From positions 1 to 44,276 of the IMG/VR virus record IMGVR_UViG_3300038393_001496: a DNA stretch of 44,276 nt; one strand, given 5' to 3'. The notes under the pieces are model-generated. The model worked only from the letters and a program-made list of their open reading frames with translations. It was not told where the DNA came from and ran no database searches. Origin of the DNA: a virus. Taxonomy: Duplodnaviria; Caudoviricetes. Position 1 is the stretch's first letter, and every line of letters begins with the position of its first letter. The position numbers and the translations under genes are program-made. Positions 35,082 to 43,453 of this stretch are shown here, piece after piece.

Positions 35082-35808
35082 CGTTTGGGGGTTGATTAAG
35101 GTCAATGCCCTGCTGCTGCGCAAAAACTTTAACCTGCGCATCCCGCCGTGCCCTGAACTCCTCATCCAGCTTCGCCTGCTCCTCGTCCGTCACGCCGACG
35201 CCAGCAGGCTTCACAGCTTCAATCAGCTTTTTGAAGTCCACATCCACCACTGGAGAGGCTATGACATTCCCCCCCTCGTCCCGAACCCACTCCGTCACCG
35301 CCTGCTCAGATTTGCCCTGGCCAGTGTCCAACCCGAGCCGCTCGAGCTTAGCCTTCTCCTCACCCAGCCGGCCGCGCTCCACCCACAGCTCTTCGGTGTA
35401 GGTAGTGAGCCAGCCCATCAGTTGGAACGGCGACAGGTGCCGGAAATCATCCCGCGTGTAGTCGCCCTTCTTGCATTTGGTAAAGAAGTGCTTTATCTCC
35501 GCGGCCGTCATCCAGTAATATTCCGTCGCCCAAAGCCGCGCGCATTCGGTGGCCTGTGTCTTTGACCAGCTCACGCCGAAGTACTCCATCAGCTCTAGCA
35601 GCATGGATGCGATTACTGCCTCAGCATTTAGCGTCTTACCGGTGCCGGCATTAAGCTGACTTAGTGTCGGCGCCTTTATGCGCACTATTTCTGCAGGCGT
35701 CAGGTCAGCCTTGACTGGCAAGGCCTGCATAGTGGTCTTCCAGTTCGTTGGCGAGACTTGCATTAGCTGCTGTGGCCTGTCCTCCCTTTTTTGAATTCGA
35801 TTGTCCAT
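35056..35808 (-). CDS. Replication-associated protein (helicase-loader position)
   Basis: Directly after the initiator; EYYWMTAAEIKHFF..CKKGDY. Confidence 0.6.
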   Translation of the reverse strand: MDNRIQKREDRPQQLMQVSPTNWKTTMQALPVKADLTPAEIVRIKAPTLSQLNAGTGKTLNAEAVIASMLLELMEYFGVSWSKTQATECARLWATEYYWMTAAEIKHFFTKCKKGDYTRDDFRHLSPFQLMGWLTTYTEELWVERGRLGEEKAKLERLGLDTGQGKSEQAVTEWVRDEGGNVIASPVVDVDFKKLIEAVKPAGVGVTDEEQAKLDEEFRARRDAQVKVFAQQQGIDLNQPPNDETKNVQS

Positions 35809-36676
35809 TGCTCGTGATGATTTTGTCAAACTGCCGGTTGAGATTACTCAGCAGGAAATTGTCCTTAATCCAATCCAAATCGTAGGCATAGGTCAGGAAC
35901 TTGGTCAGGTAGCTGGTAGCCACCTCCTCGGTCCATGGCTCGCCCCGGTTCTTCTCCACCCGCCGCTGCAGGTTGTCAACGATGGCTTTCAGGTCTTTGG
36001 GCGCGGAGCCCTGGAAGCTCGGCTCAACGCCCTTCTTGTCGAGGTGAAACTTGAACCACACATCTACCAGCGCCTTCCAGTGCGGCGTCGTTTCTTCCGG
36101 CGCATTTTTTTTCTTGCCCAAACCATTTTTTTTTGGAGCAGAATTTTTAGCGGCGCCCGATGCGTTAGCATCGGAAATACTAGATCCTTCCGGGAGGTTT
36201 AGTGAAGTACTGTTTATTTTAACTCGGTAATTTTTACCAAGGTTGTCCTCCTCAGCTTGGCAATTTTTATCAAGCTCCTCGTCACCTTGTACCGAACCTT
36301 CGACTGAACCTTTGCCCAAACCTTTACCCGAACCTTGCCCAAAACCTCGGTAATTTTTACCAAGGTTGTCCTCCTCAGCTTGGAAGTAATAAGGACTAAG
36401 GTCAGCCATCTGGTACTCGACATTGCCGTCACCATTCCGCTGCCGGAACTGGAGCGCACCTGCGCCGGCCAGCTTATCCCTGAATGACTGAAGCGTCTTG
36501 TAAGACTTAATCTTCAGGTCACCCATTATTTTAGTATTCTGTCTCTTGAACTGACCGGCCCAGGTAGTCTTATTCCAGACTTCTAACAAGTAGAAATACA
36601 GGGAAATTTCACTGTGCCCTAGCTGATGCAGCTCTGCCACGATCCAGAATCCTTTTATTTGGTGGATGTAATTCAT
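35705..36676 (-). CDS. Replication initiator (lambda O / DnaD-like)
   Basis: MNYIHQIKGFW..LYFYLL wHTH N-terminus, internal iterons, helical C-terminal domain. Confidence 0.78.
   Translation of the reverse strand: MNYIHQIKGFWIVAELHQLGHSEISLYFYLLEVWNKTTWAGQFKRQNTKIMGDLKIKSYKTLQSFRDKLAGAGALQFRQRNGDGNVEYQMADLSPYYFQAEEDNLGKNYRGFGQGSGKGLGKGSVEGSVQGDEELDKNCQAEEDNLGKNYRVKINSTSLNLPEGSSISDANASGAAKNSAPKKNGLGKKKNAPEETTPHWKALVDVWFKFHLDKKGVEPSFQGSAPKDLKAIVDNLQRRVEKNRGEPWTEEVATSYLTKFLTYAYDLDWIKDNFLLSNLNRQFDKIITSNGQSNSKKGGQATAANASLANELEDHYAGLASQG
36223..36383. repeat. Putative replication origin: two 38-bp direct repeats flanking about five 12-bp iterons
   Basis: CTCGGTAATTTTTACCAAGGTTGTCCTCCTCAGCTTGG at 36223 and 36346; CCGAACCTT-like units at 36291, 36303, 36315, 36327, 36339. 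Confidence 0.75.
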
Positions 36677-36725
36677 TCAGTAGTGTGCGTTCTTTTCGAT
36701 TTGAATAACTAGTCCTGGCATCATA

Positions 36726-37352
36726 TCATGTTCCGTTCTGCCGTCCTGCCACTTTGGCCTGCTCATATGCCTCCTGAAGCTCAATGAAGGATTGGTGACT
36801 GCCGCCGGCATCCGGATGCCTTACCTTTCGGAGACTCTTGTAGGATTCCTCAATCTGCCACCAAGAAGCATCCTTTGACACCACCAGGACTTCCCACCAT
36901 GGACGGCCGGCAGTATGTGCCTGCTGCGGGAGCGCCTTGAATCCTGCAAAGGCAGCCTTCATCATTTCACCGGTGCCCCAGCGCTCGATACCTCGGATGG
37001 CATCCACGGTCTTGTTGAGCGCCTGTAGATTGTCAGTGACAGAGTTCCAGCGGTCGCAGGCCAGTGCGTATTGTTCACCTTTCCAGGTATAGTACACAGC
37101 GACGCCAGGGTCCGACTTCGCAGCCGACTGATCAGCATACATGATATCCTGGCCACCGCGCCGGTAGGTGGCCACATTGGATGATATCACTACCTCGCGA
37201 GCCCCGAGCAGCTTCAGCTCGTGCAGCAGCTCGTCACGCGCCCGGCCCATCGTTGTCTTGAATGGCGCAGGTTTCCGCAGATAGGAAGGGGTGCGTTCGC
37301 GGCCCAATGGCCATTGAAGCGGAAAAGACTCCGCAGCTTCAGTTTTAGTCAT
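36726..37352 (-). CDS. Phage J-domain (DnaJ-like) protein
   Basis: WWEVLVV...YKSLRKVRHPDAGGS...LQEAY with HPD motif; N-terminal PLQWP.GR.RT. Confidence 0.88.
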   Translation of the reverse strand: MTKTEAAESFPLQWPLGRERTPSYLRKPAPFKTTMGRARDELLHELKLLGAREVVISSNVATYRRGGQDIMYADQSAAKSDPGVAVYYTWKGEQYALACDRWNSVTDNLQALNKTVDAIRGIERWGTGEMMKAAFAGFKALPQQAHTAGRPWWEVLVVSKDASWWQIEESYKSLRKVRHPDAGGSHQSFIELQEAYEQAKVAGRQNGT

Positions 37353-39024
37353 AGTTGTCAGGAATTAGCTTGTCCGTTTTGAAAAGACTGTTCGCAATCC
37401 GGTCGATGATCTCCCGCTGCACGTTATCCTCGGTACCGGTAATCGTGTTGGCGGTCTCGCGCTTGGCCTCGATGATCTTGTAGATTTCCTCGTCAATAGT
37501 GCCCTTGCCGAGCATGTAGCCGCAGCGCACACTGTTCTTCTGGCTGATTCGGTGGGTCCTGTCCTCGCACTGGTCACAGTCTGCAGGATGCCAGGGCAGC
37601 TCCACGAACAGCACTTCGCTCGAGGCTGTCAGCGTGATGCCCACCCCTCCGGCCTTGATGTTGCAGACGATGATTTTATAACGCGGGTTGTTCTGGAACT
37701 TATCCACCGAGGCCTGGCGCTCGTCAATCCTGTCCTCGCCGGTGATGCTGAGCGCATCCGGGTAGTGCTTCTTGATAGCTGCAGCAATCTCGCGTTGGTG
37801 TACGAAGACAACGATTTTATTACCGCCTTCTATGACCTCATCCACATATTCCACCACGTCGGCCAGCTTGCCGCGCGCGGAAATGTTCTTGCATATCCCG
37901 ATGCGTACCATCACCTCACCCCGCAGTGACTTCTCAATCTGCTCATCGGTCCGCTCACGGTAGCGCTTCAGGTAGTCGGCCAGGTCTGCCAGGGCATCAT
38001 TGTACTCCTTACGGTTGGAGATATCGCAGAGCACGATCTGGCGCACCTTATCCGGCAGGTCTGTGAGCACATCCTTTTTCTGGCGCTGGTAGAAGCAGGT
38101 AGTGGCCAGCTTGTAATGAAGCTCCCGGTGATAGAGGTTGCCTACATTACAATATCGCTTCATAAAGAAGCCGTATCCTCCCATGGCGCCGAGCTGGCCA
38201 ATGATGTGCAGCTGCGCAATCAGGTCTACCGGCTTATTGACCACTGGCGTCCCCGTCAGGCCCAGGATATACTCCTTGCCTGCAGCGATGCCCATCATGA
38301 ACTTGGCCTGCTGGGTGCCGCCATCCTTGCACCGGTGAAGCTCGTCACCTATTACGGATTTAAACAGGTCCTTGCGCTCGTTGAAATTGATATGCGCGAC
38401 CTTCATCGGCATCTTCTTGCCACGCTTGTCAAACTCTTCCCGGATGCTGGCCACGAAGTACTTCTTGAGGCTCTCATAATTCACGATAAACACCTTGCAA
38501 ATGCCGGCGTGCCAGAACTGCTGCCAGGTGTTGCGGTTCTTGTCGGAGAGGATAAGCGCCCGCTCGCCGGCGACCGTCATCCACTCCCGCTCCCAGTTCA
38601 GCTTCAGCGATGCAGGACATACTACCAGGCATGGCCATGCCTGCGCAGCGACGATGGCGGCAATGGCCTGCGATGTTTTACCAAGGCCGGGCTGGTCTCC
38701 CATGATAAGCCGCTTTTTCTGCAACGCATAAGCCACGCCTTGCTGTTGGAAGTGATAGAGCGGCCGCTTCAGTGGTATTTCCACCTCCAGTTCCGGAAGC
38801 GGCGGAATGGCGCCCACCACCTCTGCAGGTGACATGGCATCTGTCTCGCTCACGCCGTACTTCTTCAGTAGCCACTGGATAGCGGGCAGCGCCATGCGTG
38901 GCAGCGTCCACACCTTGCGCGTGGGAATCCACTTATGGCCGGGTATTGCTTTCAGGTCAGCTACGATGCGCGCATCGTAGCTGAAGCTGATCTCGTATCC
39001 GCTATGTGTCTCTGATACCAGCAT
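37345..39024 (-). CDS. SNF2-family (SMARCAL1/HARP-like) helicase
   Basis: DQPGLGKT, VVCPASLK.NW, DELH, LTGTP, GGVGITLT, QCEDRTHRI. Confidence 0.92.
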   Translation of the reverse strand: MLVSETHSGYEISFSYDARIVADLKAIPGHKWIPTRKVWTLPRMALPAIQWLLKKYGVSETDAMSPAEVVGAIPPLPELEVEIPLKRPLYHFQQQGVAYALQKKRLIMGDQPGLGKTSQAIAAIVAAQAWPCLVVCPASLKLNWEREWMTVAGERALILSDKNRNTWQQFWHAGICKVFIVNYESLKKYFVASIREEFDKRGKKMPMKVAHINFNERKDLFKSVIGDELHRCKDGGTQQAKFMMGIAAGKEYILGLTGTPVVNKPVDLIAQLHIIGQLGAMGGYGFFMKRYCNVGNLYHRELHYKLATTCFYQRQKKDVLTDLPDKVRQIVLCDISNRKEYNDALADLADYLKRYRERTDEQIEKSLRGEVMVRIGICKNISARGKLADVVEYVDEVIEGGNKIVVFVHQREIAAAIKKHYPDALSITGEDRIDERQASVDKFQNNPRYKIIVCNIKAGGVGITLTASSEVLFVELPWHPADCDQCEDRTHRISQKNSVRCGYMLGKGTIDEEIYKIIEAKRETANTITGTEDNVQREIIDRIANSLFKTDKLIPDNYD

Positions 39025-39030
39025 GGGGTT

Positions 39031-39291
39031 TTAGGACTCTTTAGTCATGAAGCCGGCCATATCGTCCGGATTGAATGGGTCAAGCTGAATAAGATGTCCC
39101 GACACCGCAGCAAGCTTCGCATGCGCTGACTCGGCATTACGGAGGATATCTCTCATATGCTGTCTTGCTTCCGGATTAAAAGGAAGCTTTGGGTTGGACG
39201 CACATTCTTTCAGGTCGGAAATCATCTGGTCAAGCGCCATCTGCATCACTGCTATTTCCTGCGGCGTCAATTGATTATTCGGAGTCGGCAT
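39031..39291 (-). CDS. Hypothetical protein
   Basis: MPTPNNQLT... start chosen to minimise overlap. Confidence 0.6.
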   Translation of the reverse strand: MPTPNNQLTPQEIAVMQMALDQMISDLKECASNPKLPFNPEARQHMRDILRNAESAHAKLAAVSGHLIQLDPFNPDDMAGFMTKES

Positions 39292-39781
39292 CCTGATTTT
39301 CGATTGACGCGTTAGAAAATTCAAGTGACAGCTGCGCATCCGGAGCATGCTTGCCATCGAACAGGTAGGCATTCACCTCGCTGATGCATTCCTCGATCGC
39401 CAGGCTCAGGTCGTCAATGTTGCCATAAGTGCCGGCCTCGTCTTCCCACTTCTCGAACGGAGAGGTCAGATTGAGCACCTTGCCGGAATCCAGGGCGCGC
39501 TGTCCGATCAGGACCACGCCTTCATGGTCACCAGAGCCGCCGATCGAGAAGCCGGTGCTGGAGATCTGCATGCGGCATAGGTCGCCTCCCTCATCGTATT
39601 GCTCGCACAGCTCCGCAAGATGCTCGTCCAGCTTGGCGAAAGCGGTGCGCAAGTCCGGATGGATGCGGGCGCTGCACTCCAGGTTTACCTTGTTGGTGTC
39701 TTTGCCTACCTCTTCTGTGTAGGTCACGGCCAGGTTATCACCGTTGATGATTTTGGCCTTTTTGATGGTTACGTTACTCAT
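39275..39781 (-). CDS. Acidic hypothetical protein
   Basis: IHPDL..AF..L..HLA.LCE, LNLTSP, EVNAYLFDGK. Confidence 0.75.
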   Translation of the reverse strand: MSNVTIKKAKIINGDNLAVTYTEEVGKDTNKVNLECSARIHPDLRTAFAKLDEHLAELCEQYDEGGDLCRMQISSTGFSIGGSGDHEGVVLIGQRALDSGKVLNLTSPFEKWEDEAGTYGNIDDLSLAIEECISEVNAYLFDGKHAPDAQLSLEFSNASIENQDADSE

Positions 39782-39790
39782 AGTTGATTT

Positions 39791-40795
39791 TTAGAAGCGC
39801 TTTAGGAATAGCACGATATTTTCGTCTCGCATTTTGAAATTGTATGCGCGCTGCAAAGACAGTATCCAGCCTTTCACCTGCGTTTCGGTCTGAAGACTGT
39901 TGCCGGCCTGCTGCAGCTTATTCATCATATGGCCATGATCGTAGAGACCGGTGCGCACAATGAAAGCCAATGCGTCAATGAAGCGTGAAGTGCGAGAGAA
40001 CGGCGTATGCTGGTCGTAGTCTGATAAATAATCCAGTACGAGCTCAGCCTTTCTCATTTCCGAAATGTCAATAACACCATCCTTGTAATTGCGGGATACC
40101 TTGCCGTCCTTGCTGCAGAGCGAAAGAAGCGTGGCCACGGGCATAGCGCCATGCCGGCTGACAAACTCCAGAAAGTTTTCATAGTCCTTATAGCCGCCCT
40201 GCTCCGCGTAGAAGCGCAGGTAGTCCATCAGAGCCCAATTCTTCTTATTGGAGTTGAGGCTGGCTATATCATTTTGGGTGACATTGTCATCCTGCGCATA
40301 AAATATGGTAACGCCAAGCCTCTTTGCCGCCTCGAGGCGATGCTGCCCGTCAATTACCTCCATATTGCCATTGACGATGATCGGGTTCAGGTGCAGAAGG
40401 TTTTTACTCCGTATCTCGTTAAGCAAGCGATTTACGTGGCGAGTGTCGACCGGCCTATTGGTCTTCAGGAACTTGAACTGGTTGTAGTCCTTGGTTCCCT
40501 GGATGCCCTCCGGAGCCTTACCGGCCTCAGGTACCGGCCGTTCCCCTTTGTCTATTTTGAAATCGATCATGGGTGATTTTTGTTTAGGTTGTTTCTTCGG
40601 CTTTTGCACGCGCTTAGATGTCGGGGCGGCAGTTGGCCTATCTTCTCTGAGTCGTTGCGGTTGAAATAGATGATCGTTGCTTTTGCCCTTGTTAAGCGCG
40701 GCGATGACACGGGGTGAAAACCTGGGTGGTGCCTTTTTCTCGGGCTCCCAGTTACGTTCGTTGAAGTCCGGACTATTGCTGAATGCTGACTCCAT
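39791..40795 (-). CDS. ParB/Srx N-terminal-domain protein
   Basis: NRPVD..HV..L, PIIVN..MEVIDGQHRLEAAK.LG. Confidence 0.85.
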   Translation of the reverse strand: MESAFSNSPDFNERNWEPEKKAPPRFSPRVIAALNKGKSNDHLFQPQRLREDRPTAAPTSKRVQKPKKQPKQKSPMIDFKIDKGERPVPEAGKAPEGIQGTKDYNQFKFLKTNRPVDTRHVNRLLNEIRSKNLLHLNPIIVNGNMEVIDGQHRLEAAKRLGVTIFYAQDDNVTQNDIASLNSNKKNWALMDYLRFYAEQGGYKDYENFLEFVSRHGAMPVATLLSLCSKDGKVSRNYKDGVIDISEMRKAELVLDYLSDYDQHTPFSRTSRFIDALAFIVRTGLYDHGHMMNKLQQAGNSLQTETQVKGWILSLQRAYNFKMRDENIVLFLKRF

Positions 40796-40982
40796 GGCTA
40801 TCTGCGTTTATGGCTGATGAATGCAGTCGAACGATATACGCGTTCGCCGATCGGCGCAGCTTGTATCGCTTCTTCACCTCGTAGTTGACGTGTACCTCGT
40901 ACCACTTGGGCCCGACACGCTTGATTGCGGCGGTAATGCCATGGTTGTCGAGCTCGGCGAGGAGCAGGCGGTACCTTTTCAT
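40773..40982 (-). CDS. Small basic hypothetical protein
   Basis: 69 aa, preceded by a G9 tract. Confidence 0.55.
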   Translation of the reverse strand: MKRYRLLLAELDNHGITAAIKRVGPKWYEVHVNYEVKKRYKLRRSANAYIVRLHSSAINADSHGVSIQQ

Positions 40983-41005
40983 AGTACCCCCCCCCGCATA
41001 TATTC

Positions 41006-43072
41006 TTATGACTCATCGGTCACCTCCTTTTCCTTACCGGCCTTCAGCGCAGCAATTTTCTTCTCCACATTCTTCTGGCGCTTCAGGGCCTTTTCTTGCT
41101 GCTGCAGTTCAATCTCTTTGACCTGCGTTGGGAGATATTGACGGGCGATGCCCATGATTGCAGCCGGCTTCGACTTGGCGCCAAAGTCTGATTCGTTGAC
41201 GCTGATTAGGCGGCTAAAGAGGATGCGTCGAACAAACTGATTGTAGGTGCCGGGGAGCATTTCATTGAGCACCTTGTTATACATGTCCGCATCCCAATGG
41301 TTCTTGGCGCCGAGCTGCTCCTCAAGCCATCCCCGGTCGATATAGGAAGCAGAGTCTATCAGGAATACAACAAGCGCTGCCTGCTCTTCTTTGCTGAGCG
41401 GTGCGGTAGAGTTGTGATAAGCTTCCAGGTCCTTCAGCAGTGGCGTGACCCGCTTATAGACCTTCTCATTATCCAACTCCTTAGACCTGGCTTCCCGCTT
41501 TTCAATCTCTGCTATTGGATTGCTTCCGTCCTCATCATCCATGTGCGGGTTTTCGGACCTCAGCATTACGCTCACGTACTTTCCGGCATTGTTGCCGACA
41601 ACTACAAAGGCCCGGCGCATGGCTCCTTCCGTTTGTGCGCGGTCGAATATCTTTTTATTCTCCTCCCATTGCTCCAGCTCGTCCTTAAAGTCATTTTTCA
41701 GGTACTGCAGGTCTTCATTTGAAAGCGCCTCGTCCGGGTCGGTATAATCCTTAACCCATTCCTCGAATACCGGCATCGGACCAGGGTCCTGTATATTGCT
41801 GATAATCTCGTCACGCGTTACAAACTGAACGCCCATATCCTTGGCTGCAGCAACTTTGACTTTGTCCTCTTCGCTCTTCCAATAGCTATTATCCAGGAAA
41901 AGGATATCCGGTTCCTTCGCTGCTTTCTCCAGCTTCTTCTTATAGTTATTCTTCTCCTTAATGCCGTAGCAAGCACTGTTGGTACACAGCCTTTCATCAC
42001 CCATAAACAGACGCGGCGTGTTCGACGTATTGAATGGGCAAGAGCTGCATTTGCCCATCTCCGGATTCAGGTTGGGGTCTTCCGTTTTGAAAGGCGCCTT
42101 GTCCAGACTGTGGCTGGCGTTCTTTACGACATTGTCCAACGTGTAGGTTGACAGGTGTATTTCGCTACCTCTGTCTTTCGACGAGTCGCGATAGAGCATG
42201 TTCTGCTTTTTGCTGTCCAGCTTAGAAAGCTTCACAGCCTGGCTTAAGTCTATGCGGTCGGTCAGATAAGCCTTTTGCCATTGCTCCGTGAGATCGTTGA
42301 GCTTTATGCGAGTCGCGATATACTTATTGCTAACGCCAATCTTCAGCCGAAGCCCCTCAATGTCGACACCTCCATCCATCAACTTTTTGAAGGCTATGCC
42401 TTCTTCCATCGGGTGCACATCCTTGCGCTGGAGGTTTTCAATTACCTGCAGCTCCAGCGCCTGAACTTCGGTGAGCACACGAATGCTGGCCGGAATGGTA
42501 TTGAGGCCAGCAGCCTTAGCCGCTCTCCAGCGCCGCTCTCCAAAAACAATGCAATAAGGATAGGTGTCGCTTGACACCAAATAAGGATTCTTACGAAGCA
42601 CAATCGGCTGCAGTACCCCATACTGCCTAATACTGGAAGTGAGCTCCTCCATCTCAGCTTCGCTGAAATGGCGACGTGGCTGCTCGGTATCGGCTGTGAT
42701 TTGGTCAATCGCAACTTCTTCCACAGGGAATTGTGCTGCAGCTCCTGTAGCCTTGGGCGCGTCATCTTCCACGAGCTCCAGGTCGTTTGCATGGACTGCC
42801 AGGAATTTCAAATCTGGCTCGTCGCTATCAGTTTCCAATACATAAAGTCCATCCTTGTCGGGCAGGCTCGTCGTAGTTCTTCCGCTTAGCCCATAGTATT
42901 CGTCATCCATATTGGCAACGCGCACTAGTGTTTCTTTACCGAAAGTTTGATTTGCTGCCTTTGGCGTTGCCTTCTTAGGCGCTGCTTTCTTGGCTGGTCC
43001 CTTTGTTTTAGCTGCCGGGGCCGCCGCAGCTGCGTTGACTTCCTGTGTCGCGGTTCGTTTTGTTGTCGCCAT
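41006..43072 (-). CDS. parB: ParB/RepB/Spo0J-family protein with Cys cluster (PRTRC-ParB-like)
   Basis: QPRRHF, GVLQPIVLR, IVFGERRWRA, ENLQRKD.HPMEE, HTH, CSSCPFN...CTNSAC; start MATTK inferred. Confidence 0.88.
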   Translation of the reverse strand: MATTKRTATQEVNAAAAAPAAKTKGPAKKAAPKKATPKAANQTFGKETLVRVANMDDEYYGLSGRTTTSLPDKDGLYVLETDSDEPDLKFLAVHANDLELVEDDAPKATGAAAQFPVEEVAIDQITADTEQPRRHFSEAEMEELTSSIRQYGVLQPIVLRKNPYLVSSDTYPYCIVFGERRWRAAKAAGLNTIPASIRVLTEVQALELQVIENLQRKDVHPMEEGIAFKKLMDGGVDIEGLRLKIGVSNKYIATRIKLNDLTEQWQKAYLTDRIDLSQAVKLSKLDSKKQNMLYRDSSKDRGSEIHLSTYTLDNVVKNASHSLDKAPFKTEDPNLNPEMGKCSSCPFNTSNTPRLFMGDERLCTNSACYGIKEKNNYKKKLEKAAKEPDILFLDNSYWKSEEDKVKVAAAKDMGVQFVTRDEIISNIQDPGPMPVFEEWVKDYTDPDEALSNEDLQYLKNDFKDELEQWEENKKIFDRAQTEGAMRRAFVVVGNNAGKYVSVMLRSENPHMDDEDGSNPIAEIEKREARSKELDNEKVYKRVTPLLKDLEAYHNSTAPLSKEEQAALVVFLIDSASYIDRGWLEEQLGAKNHWDADMYNKVLNEMLPGTYNQFVRRILFSRLISVNESDFGAKSKPAAIMGIARQYLPTQVKEIELQQQEKALKRQKNVEKKIAALKAGKEKEVTDES

Positions 43073-43102
43073 AGCGATGATTTGATTTTGTTTAAGAAGG
43101 AG

Positions 43103-43174
43103 TGGCCGGCGTAGGATTCGAACCCACGCGCCCGTACTTCGGCTCAAATCCATAAAAGCCTCCGCACCCGGCCA
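43103..43174 (-). ncRNA. tRNA-like element without canonical D and anticodon arms
   Basis: TGGCCGG/CCGGCCA acceptor-like stem, GTGGG-TTCGAAT-CCTAC T arm, single central hairpin. Confidence 0.6.
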
Positions 43175-43177
43175 GAT

Positions 43178-43229
43178 GAGCAGCCCTGCGCTCTATAGCA
43201 TTAAATGGATTAATACTTCAGGGCTGCTC
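43178..43229. repeat. 11-bp inverted repeat with AT-rich loop
   Basis: GAGCAGCCCTG...CAGGGCTGCTC. Confidence 0.65.
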
Positions 43230-43242
43230 TGGTCAGTAACGA

Positions 43243-43407
43243 TTACTCGTCGTCATCGCCCTCGTCCGCATCGTCTTTACCGTCTTTGCCTTCCGTAGTG
43301 GCGCCGGCAGCTTCAGTAGTCTGAGCGGCTTGCTCAGGTGCAGTGTTCTCATTGCCTCCGCCACTGTCCGAGGCCTGGGTGTCGAAATGGAAGCGTGTTT
43401 GCTTCAT
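43243..43407 (-). CDS. 54-aa acidic disordered peptide (below the ORF-track cutoff)
   Basis: MKQTRFHFDTQASDSGGGNENTAPEQAAQTTEAAGATTEGKDGKDDADEGDDDE, translated by hand. Confidence 0.65.
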   Translation of the reverse strand: MKQTRFHFDTQASDSGGGNENTAPEQAAQTTEAAGATTEGKDGKDDADEGDDDE

Positions 43408-43453
43408 AGTGTTGGTCTTCGGTATTAAACCCCCGTCGCCGGCATTAAGAATT

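Noticed and set aside
43073-43153. Extended N-termini of ParB (and of the 21936 ORF up to 22310)
   Set aside because: Extensions run through tRNA-like elements; downstream ATGs have better A-rich contexts
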